Shown: positions 32,647 through 42,618, counted from the first letter of the stretch. The stretch: 64,000 nucleotides of DNA from Chloroflexota bacterium (GCA_027623195.1 JAQBUT010000015.1:1-64000); one strand, 5' to 3'. Notes: generated by a model from the letters alone, not told the origin. Translations and numbers: made by a program.

Positions 32647-33051
32647 CTTGCTCGAACCTCCATGAAGAAAGTTTTGATAATCGACGGGTGAAATCCAGCA
32701 TTTCAAGTGTTCCATCCGTCCTATAAAACGGAGTGCACCATATCCCTATAGTGCACCGCTCCCGTATTTGCGGCGGAAGCCTAGCGCATGACACGTTATG
32801 GAGCAAATATAGTCTCCGAAATGGGGAAAGGCCACAAAACCCATTTCTGGATGACGCGTCTCGATAGGAACGCGTGGCCAGTGCAGCGAAGCATGCTCCT
32901 GATGGCAATTCGCCTGGGGAGTTGGCTAGCCGAAGAAAAAAATCAGATGGAGGACTGCTGAGAGAGTTAAAGTCGGACCGGGGTTGACTGCGATTATGTG
33001 GATACAGGCCCCGAGCTTTTCACCATAAACAGGCGAATTCGGGACATTTAA

Positions 33052-33624
33052 CTAGTGTTTGGGCTCGTTTTTCATCACGCCGATGAAAGGCAGGTTACGA
33101 TACCTCTCCTCGAAGTCCAGGCCGTAGCCGATGACGAACTTGTCCGGGACCTGGAAGCCGACGTACTTCACCGGCACCTCAACAACCCGGCGCGAGGGCT
33201 TGTCCAGCAGGGAGCAGACATGCATGCTAGCGGGTTTCTTTAGGCGAAGGTGTTCCAGTATCTTCTGTAGCGTTTGCCCCATGTCTACGATGTCTTCTAC
33301 CACGATGACATCGCGGCCTGCTACCTCCAACTGAATGTCTCTGATGACCTCCAGGTCTGGATGACCGTACCCGTGGGGCCGGTGAACCGCCAAAAGGTCT
33401 ATCTCGGTGTCTAAAGTAAGCTTACGCATTAGATCAGCCAAGAACGGGAGCACACCCTTGAGCACGCCGATCAGGACAGGCGTTTTGCCTGCGTAATCCA
33501 GCGAAATCTCGAGCCCCAACTCGTCAATTCGCTGCTGGATCTGCTGCGCCGTGAAAAGTATTTCGCCCACGTCTTTGTGGCCGATGGCCACAGGCGTCTG
33601 CTCCTTAGCTAAACTTCGTTCCAA
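33052..33624 (-). CDS. hpt: hypoxanthine phosphoribosyltransferase
   Basis: GVLKG, VIVVEDIVDMGQTL, LLDKPSRR, FVIGYGLD, YRNLPFI. Confidence 0.92.
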   Translation of the reverse strand: MERSLAKEQTPVAIGHKDVGEILFTAQQIQQRIDELGLEISLDYAGKTPVLIGVLKGVLPFLADLMRKLTLDTEIDLLAVHRPHGYGHPDLEVIRDIQLEVAGRDVIVVEDIVDMGQTLQKILEHLRLKKPASMHVCSLLDKPSRRVVEVPVKYVGFQVPDKFVIGYGLDFEERYRNLPFIGVMKNEPKH

Positions 33625-33784
33625 TGCCGCTCCTCCGGACTTTTGTTCACAGTGCTCATATTATCACCGTAGGACTCTTTTTGTCCTCATAGTGCGCCGC
33701 AAAGGTGGTGGTCGTCCTGTGGTAGCATAACGACATTAGCGCGGCGCTGCCTTTTTAGGCGCGGAAGTAACGCAGGACGAGGCG

Positions 33785-34078
33785 ATGAACGTAGGCGTGT
33801 GCAAAGTCAGGCTCAGAATCCCAGAGAGTCAGAGTCTCAAGGGCAAAAGGGGAGTGATCAAATCTCTGAGCCAGCGCATTCGAAACAAGTTCAACGTGTC
33901 GGTATCCGAGGTTGACGACAACGAGTCCTGGCAGATGGCAACACTCGGTATTACGTGTGCCGGCAACAACGCCCGCCACATAGATGAGGTCATGAACAAC
34001 GTTCTCTCCTACATCGAGAGCAGCCGCGACGACCTGGAAATAGTCGAAACCGATCAGGAGAATATCTCTGGGTTTTGA
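33785..34078 (+). CDS. DUF503 (YlxP-like) protein
   Basis: SLKGKRGVIKSL...RNKFNVSVSEVD...WQ. Confidence 0.9.
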   Translation: MNVGVCKVRLRIPESQSLKGKRGVIKSLSQRIRNKFNVSVSEVDDNESWQMATLGITCAGNNARHIDEVMNNVLSYIESSRDDLEIVETDQENISGF

Positions 34079-34195
34079 GCCCTTAGCCCTTAGCATTTGC
34101 CGATAGCGAGACTCTGGATCGGGCAATGCCAAATAGTTAATAAGTGTTGATGGCAAATTGCTAACTACTCATACCTGAAAGCTGACCGTTGGTTT

Positions 34196-36484
34196 ATGGA
34201 CGTCTACTCCTTCTTAAAAGAACTACAGATAATGCCCTGGTACGAAGGGCAGATAGTTCATCACGAAAGCATCCCGCCCAGAGTGCCGCTGCCAGGCGAG
34301 TTGGAAAGACCACTGCCTGCCAAACTGGCCGAGTCCCTGGATTCGCTGGGTATCAACGGACTCTACCGGCACCAGACGGCGGCAATCGACGCTCTCCGTC
34401 GCGGCGAGAACGTCATCGTGGCAACCCCGGCCGCCAGCGGAAAGAGCCTCTGCTACCACCTGCCAGTGCTGGAGGCCCTGCTGGCAGACCGCTCCGCCAG
34501 AGCCATTTACATCTTCCCCACCAAGGCGTTGGCCCAGGACCAACTCAAGAACATGGACAGGCTTGTTCCCGAGGGTAGCCGGTTGCGACGCGGCATATTC
34601 GATGGTGACACGCCCGTATCCGACAGGACGGAAGTCCGGCGTAATGCCAGGCTGCTCATAACAAACCCGGATATGCTGCATCTGGGTATCCTGCCCAATC
34701 ACCGGTCGTGGTACCAGACCCTGCGCAACCTCCGATACGTGGTTATAGACGAGGCCCACATCTATAGAGGGGTGTTCGGCTCCCACGTCGCCAACGTTCT
34801 TCGCCGCCTGCGTCGTCTCTGTAGAAGGTTCGGCAGCGATCCGCAATTTGTCCTATGCTCTGCCACCATCGCCAATCCCAGCGAGCATGCCGAGCGCATC
34901 ACAGGGCTGCCCTTTACGGTCGTGGAGGACGATGGCTCCCCCTACGGGGGGAAGGACTTCCTCTTCTGGAACCCGCCCATGGTGGACATAGCCAAAGGCA
35001 CCCGCCGCAGCACCAACACAGAGTCGGCCCAACTATTCTCCGAGTTGATACGGCGAATGGTGCGAACGCTGGCCTTTGTTCGTAGCAGGCGCACGGCAGA
35101 GCTTTTATACGTCTACGTTCGAGACCAGCTAAGGCTTTCCAACCCGGGCCTGGCCAATCGCATCATGCCATATCGCGCCAGCTACCTGCCGGAGGACCGC
35201 CGCGCCATAGAACGAGACCTTTTTGAGGGCAAGCTCCTGGGCTTGACTACAACCAACGCCATGGAATTGGGAATAGATATCGGGGACCTGGACGCCACGT
35301 TGTTGACGGGATATCCCGGCAGCGTGGCCAGCACCTGGCAGCAGGCCGGACGCAGTGGTCGTCGTGGCGAGAGGTCCCTCAGCGTACTCATTGCTCAGGA
35401 CAACCCGCTGGACCAGTACCTTATGCGTCACCCAGACGCCTTCTTCGAGAAATCTTACGAGAGCGCCCGCATCTCGCCTTCGAATCCTTACGTACTTAAG
35501 CCGCACCTGCTTTGCGCGGCGTATGAGGCCCCGCTGGTTATGGAAGACACTGAGCTTTTCGGACCTGATGTGCTCTGGTATGCTGACGAACTGGTGGAGG
35601 ACGGCTTCCTGCATGTGAAGGACAAGCGCTGGCACCTAACGGCAGAGTTCGAGTACCCGGCGCAGGACGTAAACATTCGCTCCACGTCCGCCAACACCTA
35701 CACGCTGGTGGAGAAGGACAGTGGAGTGATTCTGGAAACTGTAGAAGAAATGTCAGCGTTCACGCAGCTTCACCCCGGCGGCGTGTACCTGCATCAGGGG
35801 GAACAGTACCTCATCACCGACCTGGACCTGGAGTCGGCGACGGCCTACGCGGCACTGACAGACGTGCCGTACTACACAGAGGTCCGCGATTATACCGAGA
35901 CCCGCGTCCTCAAGGTGCTCAAGCAGAAGGCTGCGCGGCGCACCACCGTCTATCTGGGCGACGTCAACGTGTCCACCCGCGTCGTGGGCTTCCGACGCAA
36001 GGCCCATGTCACGGAAGAGCTGCTCAGCGAGGAGCATATCGATCTGCCATCGCGGAGCTACGACACAATAGCAATCTGGTTCGATGTGCCCGGCGATACG
36101 CTGGACTACATCCACCGCAATCGTCTGGACCTGATGGGTGGACTGCACGCAGTGGAACATGCGGCCATAGGAGTGCTGCCCCTGTTCGCCATGTGTGACC
36201 GCAACGACATCGGCGGCATCTCCACGCCTCTTCATCCCGACACTGGCAGGCCCCAGGTCTTCATCCACGATGGCCACCCCGGCGGCGTAGGCATCACGGA
36301 GCGTGGCTTCGACATAATCGAGGAGCTATGGCAGGCGACAATGGACGTCATCTCCGAATGCCCTTGCGAGACCGGTTGCCCAGGCTGCATACAGTCGCCA
36401 AAGTGCGGCAACAACAACCAGCCACTGGATAAAGAGGTGGCCCAGATTATCCTGCGCGGCATTCTGGGGAGTAACGGCACGTAA
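34196..36484 (+). CDS. DEAH-box helicase with C-terminal DUF1998 zinc domain (MrfA/YprA/Hrq1/SftH family)
   Basis: ASGKS, PTKALAQDQ, TNPDMLH, DEAH, SATIAN, QQAGRSGR, CDRNDIGG, CPCETGCPGC. Confidence 0.92.
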   Translation: MDVYSFLKELQIMPWYEGQIVHHESIPPRVPLPGELERPLPAKLAESLDSLGINGLYRHQTAAIDALRRGENVIVATPAASGKSLCYHLPVLEALLADRSARAIYIFPTKALAQDQLKNMDRLVPEGSRLRRGIFDGDTPVSDRTEVRRNARLLITNPDMLHLGILPNHRSWYQTLRNLRYVVIDEAHIYRGVFGSHVANVLRRLRRLCRRFGSDPQFVLCSATIANPSEHAERITGLPFTVVEDDGSPYGGKDFLFWNPPMVDIAKGTRRSTNTESAQLFSELIRRMVRTLAFVRSRRTAELLYVYVRDQLRLSNPGLANRIMPYRASYLPEDRRAIERDLFEGKLLGLTTTNAMELGIDIGDLDATLLTGYPGSVASTWQQAGRSGRRGERSLSVLIAQDNPLDQYLMRHPDAFFEKSYESARISPSNPYVLKPHLLCAAYEAPLVMEDTELFGPDVLWYADELVEDGFLHVKDKRWHLTAEFEYPAQDVNIRSTSANTYTLVEKDSGVILETVEEMSAFTQLHPGGVYLHQGEQYLITDLDLESATAYAALTDVPYYTEVRDYTETRVLKVLKQKAARRTTVYLGDVNVSTRVVGFRRKAHVTEELLSEEHIDLPSRSYDTIAIWFDVPGDTLDYIHRNRLDLMGGLHAVEHAAIGVLPLFAMCDRNDIGGISTPLHPDTGRPQVFIHDGHPGGVGITERGFDIIEELWQATMDVISECPCETGCPGCIQSPKCGNNNQPLDKEVAQIILRGILGSNGT

Positions 36485-36635
36485 AGGGGGAGCGCCTATC
36501 GGAAGGCGACGGATTTTTTACCTCTCAGAACCTTTGCAGCCCGTAACAGCTTCCGCTGCGCGCAACCTCCCCCTCAACTCGCCCACTATGCTAAAGTTAC
36601 TCCCATTCATAAAACTCGTCGTAAAAGAGCATGCC

Positions 36636-37904
36636 ATGCGCATCCACTTAACCGGCCTCTGGCGAGACCCCGACTTCCTGAGGCTTTGGACCGCCCGTAC
36701 TGTTTCCGAACTCGGTACGCTGATGAGCGCCCTCCAGTTGACCTCAGTTCTTGTGCTTGGGGCAACGCCTTTTCAGATGGGCATACTAGGGGCGCTTCGC
36801 ATGGCTCCAGGCGCCGTCGCTGGCTTTCTTGTAGGTCCCTGGGTGGATGCACACCGTAAGCGCCCCATCATGATTGCCGCCGACCTTGGTCGAGCGGCCC
36901 TGTTCGCATCGATTCCGGCCGCATTTTTCATGGGACTGCTTCGAATTGAGCAGATTTACGCCGTCGCATTCTTGGACAGCGTTCTATCCGTCCTTTTCGA
37001 CGTGGCGTACCGCTCCTACCTGCCGTCGTTGGTTCACCGGGGAAATCTTTTGGAAGCCAATAGCAAGCTCACCGGCAGCGAGTCCTTTGTGGAGGTAACG
37101 GCTTTCAGCGTGGGAGGCTGGATCGCTCAAATCTTCAGCGCGATTACCGTAGCAGTTGTTGATATCATGACGTTTTTGGCCTCCGCGGTATCCCTTTACC
37201 AGATAAAAGTGCCCGAGCCGGAACCCGTCCCTCCAGACGCCCATTCGGACCTGATAAGACAGCTTTTAAGCGGTCTCGCCTTGGTCTGGCGTGATCCCCT
37301 TTTGAGGCCGATAACCCTGGCAACGGCGAGCCAGGGGCTGACATTTGGGATATTCAGCGCCATCATGCTGATATTCGGAATCAGGGAACTGGGCATACAG
37401 CCTGGATTGCTGGGTACGATCTACGCTTTGGGCGGCGTGAGTTCCTTGTTCGGGTCGGTTTACGTGGGTTCACTCAGCAGGCGATTTGGAATCGGCCCTG
37501 TAATGGTAGTTGGATTTCTGGTCTTCGCTATCAGCGTTTTCCTTGTGCCGGCCGCCCGAGGCCCACTTATAGGGGTAATTCTATTTCTTGCCGGGCAGCA
37601 GATGGGCGACGGCTTCATGACGATGTACCTCATAAATCAGACTAGCGTGCGTCAGGCCGTTACCGCACCGTGGGCCCTGGGAAGGGTTAACTCCATCGTC
37701 CGTTCGGTTGAGATGACAGGACTGTTTGTCGGATTCCTCCTGGGCGGCGCGCTGGCCGAAGAGATAGGCATGCGTACAACGCTGGTGGTCGGGGGAGTTA
37801 CTGGTCTTGCGGGCGCGGTTGTTCTTGCGTTGTCGCCCGTAATCCGCATGAAGTTCCTTCCGTCATCTGACAACCCCCACGGGCATGATGTATTATCTCC
37901 ATAG
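36636..37904 (+). CDS. MFS transporter
   Basis: LWRDPDFLRLW, SYLPSLV...LLEANSKL, LGRVNS; about 12 TMs. Confidence 0.88.
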   Translation: MRIHLTGLWRDPDFLRLWTARTVSELGTLMSALQLTSVLVLGATPFQMGILGALRMAPGAVAGFLVGPWVDAHRKRPIMIAADLGRAALFASIPAAFFMGLLRIEQIYAVAFLDSVLSVLFDVAYRSYLPSLVHRGNLLEANSKLTGSESFVEVTAFSVGGWIAQIFSAITVAVVDIMTFLASAVSLYQIKVPEPEPVPPDAHSDLIRQLLSGLALVWRDPLLRPITLATASQGLTFGIFSAIMLIFGIRELGIQPGLLGTIYALGGVSSLFGSVYVGSLSRRFGIGPVMVVGFLVFAISVFLVPAARGPLIGVILFLAGQQMGDGFMTMYLINQTSVRQAVTAPWALGRVNSIVRSVEMTGLFVGFLLGGALAEEIGMRTTLVVGGVTGLAGAVVLALSPVIRMKFLPSSDNPHGHDVLSP

Positions 37905-37936
37905 CTTAAAAGGCTAAAAAACAGAGGACGTGACAG

Positions 37937-39223
37937 ATGGCAAGACGATTGGTAGGGCATATCGTAAACCGCAAAGGCCGGAAGAACGGCGACGAACCGG
38001 TTGAGATTCCTGTGGCCAAGGACCTTCAGAAAGACCCTGCCAGCATGAGGCGCGAAGACGAAATCTCGTTTTACAGTCGTGAATACCCCTTGGAAAGCTT
38101 CGCGGTGGCCGAGAGCGCTTCGGCGGAGTGGGCTGCAGGCGTACGGGATGAGTTTTCACCTGAGACGACTGAGTTATATGAAAAATTCCAGAAAGAGATG
38201 GAGCCTGCCGTAGAGTGGGTTCGGCATTCTGGAGAACTGAAACCCACCTGCGAGCCCACGGGCGAAGACGTGACCGAGGCTCTGACCAACAGGGCGCGTG
38301 AGTTGGGCTATGGCGAGGTGGGCTTCACCCGCTTCGACAGGCGCTACCTGTACCAGGTTCGGCGCAAGGATGTCCGTGCGGATCTTCCCAACGCCATTTG
38401 TCTGGCCCTGGAGCAGGACTACTCGGCAACCCAAACCCTGCCAAGCCTGGAAGCTGAGGAGGCTCAAGGCGAAGCATATAAGCGCCAGGCTCAATTGGCC
38501 GAGGAGCTGGTGAAATTCATCAACTCAATAGGTTACAGTGCCCAGGTCTCCGGCCCGACGTGGCACTTCGGCCCGATGATTCCAATGTTTGTACAGGCTG
38601 GCCTTGGGCAGCTAGGCGTCAATGGGCAGCTGTTGTCGCCGCACTTCGGGTCCCGCGCGCGCTTGCAGATCATTCTCACCGACGCCAAGGTTACCGCTGG
38701 CAAGCCCGTAGACTACGGCGTGCACAAGTTCTGCGAAATTTGCCAGGTCTGCTTTATGCGGTGTCCGGGCCGGGCCATTCAGGGCCAGCGCCTCTGGTAC
38801 CGAGGAGTCGAGAAGGCCAAGCTTATTTACAAGCGGTGCCGTCCTGTGATGGCGCGATACTCTGGTTGCGGCGTCTGCATGAAAGTGTGTCCGGTACAGA
38901 AGTATGGTATGAAGCCTGTAATGGAACACTACATCGAGACCGGCGAAATTCTGGGCAAAGGAACGCCGAATCTTGAAGGGTACGAACTGCCAGACAAGGG
39001 CTACTTCCGTCCGGGCAAGCTGCCCGTATTCGGAGCGGCGTTCTTCGATATGCCAGTGGGACGGACCGAGGACCACATCGTCGAGGAGTACAAAGAAGGT
39101 CTTGCTAAGGCTTCTTCTCAGGAGGACCGGGAAAAGGTCTGGGGGAAGTATCGCGAGAGAATGGAGAAGTCCCTGGAAAAGCGCAACTCCATCATAGATA
39201 TGGGCATGGATTTGGCGAATTAG
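37937..39223 (+). CDS. reductive dehalogenase-like / QueG-superfamily corrinoid 2x[4Fe-4S] protein
   Basis: AGLGQLGVNGQLLSPHFGSRARLQIILTD, FCEICQVCFMRCPGRAI, C...CGVCMKVCP; no TAT signal. Confidence 0.8.
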   Translation: MARRLVGHIVNRKGRKNGDEPVEIPVAKDLQKDPASMRREDEISFYSREYPLESFAVAESASAEWAAGVRDEFSPETTELYEKFQKEMEPAVEWVRHSGELKPTCEPTGEDVTEALTNRARELGYGEVGFTRFDRRYLYQVRRKDVRADLPNAICLALEQDYSATQTLPSLEAEEAQGEAYKRQAQLAEELVKFINSIGYSAQVSGPTWHFGPMIPMFVQAGLGQLGVNGQLLSPHFGSRARLQIILTDAKVTAGKPVDYGVHKFCEICQVCFMRCPGRAIQGQRLWYRGVEKAKLIYKRCRPVMARYSGCGVCMKVCPVQKYGMKPVMEHYIETGEILGKGTPNLEGYELPDKGYFRPGKLPVFGAAFFDMPVGRTEDHIVEEYKEGLAKASSQEDREKVWGKYRERMEKSLEKRNSIIDMGMDLAN

Positions 39224-39394
39224 GCCAGCCTTGATTTGTGGCAGGCCTAAGTAAGGCTTACATCTTTGCTGTTTCCCCGAGACGTAACAGTAAAAATGAC
39301 GCTGTCTACCCACACGACACAAGGCTCAGCATCTGCTTGAATAGTGAAGGCCCGCCAAGCATTAGCGCTTGAATTATCTGAGGAGCAGATCGCT

Positions 39395-39706
39395 GTGATA
39401 GTTGTCATGAATCGCATCCCCGTTAAACCAGAGTTTGCGCAGAGAATCGAAGATGGCTTCGCCAAGAACGCACCCAGGTTGCCGGAACTGAATGGCTTTC
39501 AGGGCTTCAGACTGCTGCGACCGACCAAAGACGAGCAGCCATACATTGTGTTTGTCGCCTGGGATACCGAGGACGACTACAGGGCTTACATGAATTCCGA
39601 CCTTTTCAAAGAAAGCCATTCGAATATGGCTGAACTGGCCAATGCATTCAACGGCCCGCCATCGTTGGAAATGTACGAAGTGGCGCAAGAGGTAAAGGCC
39701 CCTTAA
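39395..39706 (+). CDS. antibiotic biosynthesis monooxygenase (ABM; IsdG/HmoA-like)
   Basis: IVVMNRIPV, GFQGFRLLRP, W...SDLFKESH; GTG start after GAGGAG. Confidence 0.8.
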   Translation: MIVVMNRIPVKPEFAQRIEDGFAKNAPRLPELNGFQGFRLLRPTKDEQPYIVFVAWDTEDDYRAYMNSDLFKESHSNMAELANAFNGPPSLEMYEVAQEVKAP

Positions 39707-39727
39707 GACGACGCTACGGAGGTAGGT

Positions 39728-40216
39728 ATGAACGCCGAACTTATCGTAATTAGGCTCCTGCATATTGTTCCAGGTGTGGTGTGGGCAGGTTCCGCTGTGC
39801 TCATGGCCCTGGTTATTGGGCCACGTCTGAAAGGTGCCGGTTCATTGTCGGACCTGGCAGTGTACGGTGAAATGGCCAGGGGCACAGCCATGGTGATGAA
39901 CATTACGGGCGCACTCACAATAATTTTTGGGCTTGTTCTAACAATGCGAATGGATGGATTCTCGCTTCTCTTTTCCACTGGATGGGGCTGGACAATCACA
40001 TTCGGATTTGTGCTTGCCGTTCTAGGCATGGGCACGTCGGGAGCCTTGATGAGCGCCTCCAAGCGCCTGACCAACGCTACCTCAGGCTCCAGTGAGAGGT
40101 CCATGATGTCCGGGGGAAACCAAAACGCGGCTGATCGAGTGGTCATGATCGCGTACGTGAATGCGGTGCTGGTGGTCGTTGCCGTTGGGGCTATGGCAGC
40201 AGCCAGGTTTGTTTAG
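39728..40216 (+). CDS. integral membrane protein (4 TM)
   Basis: RLLHIVPGVVWAG first helix; four hydrophobic segments. Confidence 0.75.
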   Translation: MNAELIVIRLLHIVPGVVWAGSAVLMALVIGPRLKGAGSLSDLAVYGEMARGTAMVMNITGALTIIFGLVLTMRMDGFSLLFSTGWGWTITFGFVLAVLGMGTSGALMSASKRLTNATSGSSERSMMSGGNQNAADRVVMIAYVNAVLVVVAVGAMAAARFV

Positions 40217-40240
40217 GCGTCAGCCTACGGCGCGAGTCGG

Positions 40241-40945
40241 CTACTCTTTGAAGTGGTAAACAGACAGGCTGTAGGACATTTCGTTGCCCTCGATGCTCGA
40301 CAACACGTCCTGGTAGGATTCCGCGAAGTCTAGCTTCAGAATCTCTCCGAGCATCTCTCGGCCCGGCGCTCGTATGAAGGTATCCACCTCGAACCGTTCG
40401 AAACCGTACTCGCCGTAGAAGTCCGTTCTCTCCTCGACGTATGTGGGTTTGTAAATCTCCGGATATACCTGGCGAGCCAGTTTGCCGAACTGGCCACGGT
40501 CCGGGTTGGTGTCGATTACAAAGAAGTGTCCATCAGGCTTCAGGATGCGCTGAATCTCTCTCAGACCTGGCAGGCAGTCCTCAGTGCCAAAGAAGTACGC
40601 GAATCGGGCATACGCTACATCTATGGAGTCGGAGGGCAGGGTGATCTCCTCCGCAGAAGCTGCCATTACACTGACATTGCCTACGTCGTTCCTGGCAAGC
40701 CGCAGGTAAATCTGCCTAAGCATTCGTGGATCGGGTTCGGCGGCGAACACGCGGAACGCCTTATTGGAGTACCGCACAGCTTGGAAGCCAGAGCCTGCGC
40801 CAACGTCCAGCACCATCTTGCCGTCGATAGGCGCGATGTCCCACATTAGCTTTTCCAGCAGGTAGTCCGGGTCCGAGCACTCGTTCCAATACTCGTAGGC
40901 GGTTGGATTGGTTGCGCCGGTATAAGGGTAAAATTGCTCAGGCAT
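40241..40945 (-). CDS. class I SAM-dependent methyltransferase
   Basis: VLDVGAGSG, AEP, ASAEEITLPSDSID, RILKPDG. Confidence 0.88.
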   Translation of the reverse strand: MPEQFYPYTGATNPTAYEYWNECSDPDYLLEKLMWDIAPIDGKMVLDVGAGSGFQAVRYSNKAFRVFAAEPDPRMLRQIYLRLARNDVGNVSVMAASAEEITLPSDSIDVAYARFAYFFGTEDCLPGLREIQRILKPDGHFFVIDTNPDRGQFGKLARQVYPEIYKPTYVEERTDFYGEYGFERFEVDTFIRAPGREMLGEILKLDFAESYQDVLSSIEGNEMSYSLSVYHFKE

Positions 40946-41145
40946 AACAATCTAAGTTTACAGGTCGGCCGACGAATTCGCCATTTCAATTTGCACCTGT
41001 TTGCTTGTCGCTTTGGGGCTTGTAAGGGTTGGGACTTCTACGGCCAATTATCGACTTGGCCTCGATGGGGGTGTTACACGTTCGGTGTGTTATTTTGCGG
41101 CCCCATTTACCGACTGAAGCTATTTTCCGTGCTTATATGCGCATA

Positions 41146-41174
41146 TTGACACACTGATGAAGCTGTGATAAATT
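41146..41174 (+). promoter_or_regulatory. sigma70-type promoter of the selenoprotein gene
   Basis: TTGACA-17 nt-TAAATT with extended TGn. Confidence 0.7.
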
Positions 41175-41276
41175 CGAGTTCAACTAGCATAACAGTGGCA
41201 TAATCTCTTCTTTATGGAGAGATTAACCAGCGAATATATTTATTTGCCGGGCCGCTGAATTTTAAGGAGGATATGC

Positions 41277-41561
41277 ATGGCTGGAGAAGCAAAAGTCGAC
41301 GCCGAAATTATTTACTGCGTACCTTGACAGCATCTTGGTACTGCGGCCTGGACGGCCAATGAGTTATTTGCCCAGGGTGGCAAGGACGTCTCGATTAAGA
41401 TTACGCCCGGCGTAGCCGGCGTTTTCCAGGTGTTCCTCGACGGCGAAAAGGTCTTCGATAGGAAAGAGGAAGGCAATATCTTCCCTGACCTGACGAGGGT
41501 TAAGCAGATGAGGGCAATTCTGCAGGAGAAGATCAACTCTGCTCCCGTAGCAGCAGACTAG
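41277..41561 (+). CDS. Rdx family (SelW/SelT/SelH-like) selenoprotein, 94 aa, Sec at TGA 41325-41327
   Basis: AAGGAGG RBS; MAGEAKVDAEIIYCVP-U-QHLGTAAWTANELF...PGVAGVFQVFLDGEKVFDRKEEGNIFPD...; CxxU plus GxFxV and FP motifs typical of Rdx; not in the ORF track. Confidence 0.9.
41328..41360 (+). promoter_or_regulatory. candidate bacterial SECIS element
   Basis: GGCC-TGGAC-GGCC hairpin (41345-41357) with a GG-containing loop starting 21 nt after the UGA. Confidence 0.5.
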
Positions 41562-41583
41562 TTCTTCAAGGAATCGAAGATTT

Positions 41584-41618
41584 AAATGCCCCGGACTGAT
41601 TCAGTCCGGGGCATTTTT
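41584..41618 (+). terminator. intrinsic terminator after the selenoprotein gene
   Basis: AAATGCCCCGGACTG-att-CAGTCCGGGGCATTTTT. Confidence 0.85.
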
Positions 41619-41675
41619 GTTAATATATGTATGTAATATCTTTTTACCAATAATAGATCGGCTAGCGTTAGTTTC

Positions 41676-42503
41676 ATGCATTTGCCCGACATTTGGAATC
41701 AGTTCGATAGTATTGTCAGGTCCCCCGACGAGGAGATAGACTTGGCTCGTACTGCATTGCTAATTGCAGCTACGGAATATCCTAAGCTAAACGTGGAGCG
41801 GGAGCTGTATAGGCTCGGTCTCTTGGCCGACGGCATTGCTCACCGAGTGTATGACGACCCCAGCCCGCTATACCATCTGAACACGCTGAGCGAGTACCTC
41901 TTCGACGAGGTCGGCTTCCGGGGCAACTACGAAAACTACTACGACCCCAAGAACAGCTTCTTCAACGACGTTTTGGAACGCCGCCTGGGCATACCCATTA
42001 CTCTTTCCATGTTGTATATCGAGGTTGGCAGGCGCGTGGGCGTGCCCTTACAGGGAATCGGCATGCCGGGACATTTCCTGGTGAAACACGCCGATGTAGA
42101 TGATCACTTCGTCGATCCGTATCAGAATGGCGTACTTCTCACGACAGCCGAATGCAAGGCCAAATTTAACCAGGTAACCCACGGAGACCTGATTTGGGAC
42201 GAACGTTACCTCAGCCCAGTGAGCAGCCGCGAATTCGTGGCTCGTATGCTCAGAAACCTCAAAGCAATATACCTTCAGCGGCGAGACTATACGCGGGTGT
42301 TGTCCACCATAGACAGGCTGCTATCCATTCAGCCTGAGGCCACCGAGGAGCGCCGCGATCGCGGTGTCGTCAACTACCGGCTCGGCAATCACGAAGAGGC
42401 CCTTCAAGACCTTAATACGTATGTCAGCACCGTCTCGAATCCGTCCGACGCCGGGACCGTACACCAGCTTATAGACCAGATCCAAGGTATCCTGGACGAC
42501 TAA
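41676..42503 (+). CDS. SirB1/YchA family transglutaminase-like protein with TPR
   Basis: YYDPKNS, VLERRLGIPITLS, GMPGHFLV, RMLRNLK, ERRDRG. Confidence 0.9.
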   Translation: MHLPDIWNQFDSIVRSPDEEIDLARTALLIAATEYPKLNVERELYRLGLLADGIAHRVYDDPSPLYHLNTLSEYLFDEVGFRGNYENYYDPKNSFFNDVLERRLGIPITLSMLYIEVGRRVGVPLQGIGMPGHFLVKHADVDDHFVDPYQNGVLLTTAECKAKFNQVTHGDLIWDERYLSPVSSREFVARMLRNLKAIYLQRRDYTRVLSTIDRLLSIQPEATEERRDRGVVNYRLGNHEEALQDLNTYVSTVSNPSDAGTVHQLIDQIQGILDD

Positions 42504-42618
42504 TCCCCTTCTGCCCAGTCCCCTCTTACGGCTATCCTTCCAACTGTGCTAATATTCCTCCGTCGAAACACACTCTTTCCGTTAGACCTCATTAACTCGG
42601 TATTCTGAGGCAAAGCAC

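Noticed and set aside
34196..36484. DUF1998 helicase as a DISARM/Druantia-type defence system
   Set aside because: Single-chain MrfA/Hrq1-type architecture with no methylase, PLD nuclease or other defence partner nearby; DNA repair is the simpler reading.
39728..40216. 4-TM protein as the RdhB anchor of the dehalogenase-like gene
   Set aside because: Too long, separated by the ABM gene, and the dehalogenase-like protein has no export signal.
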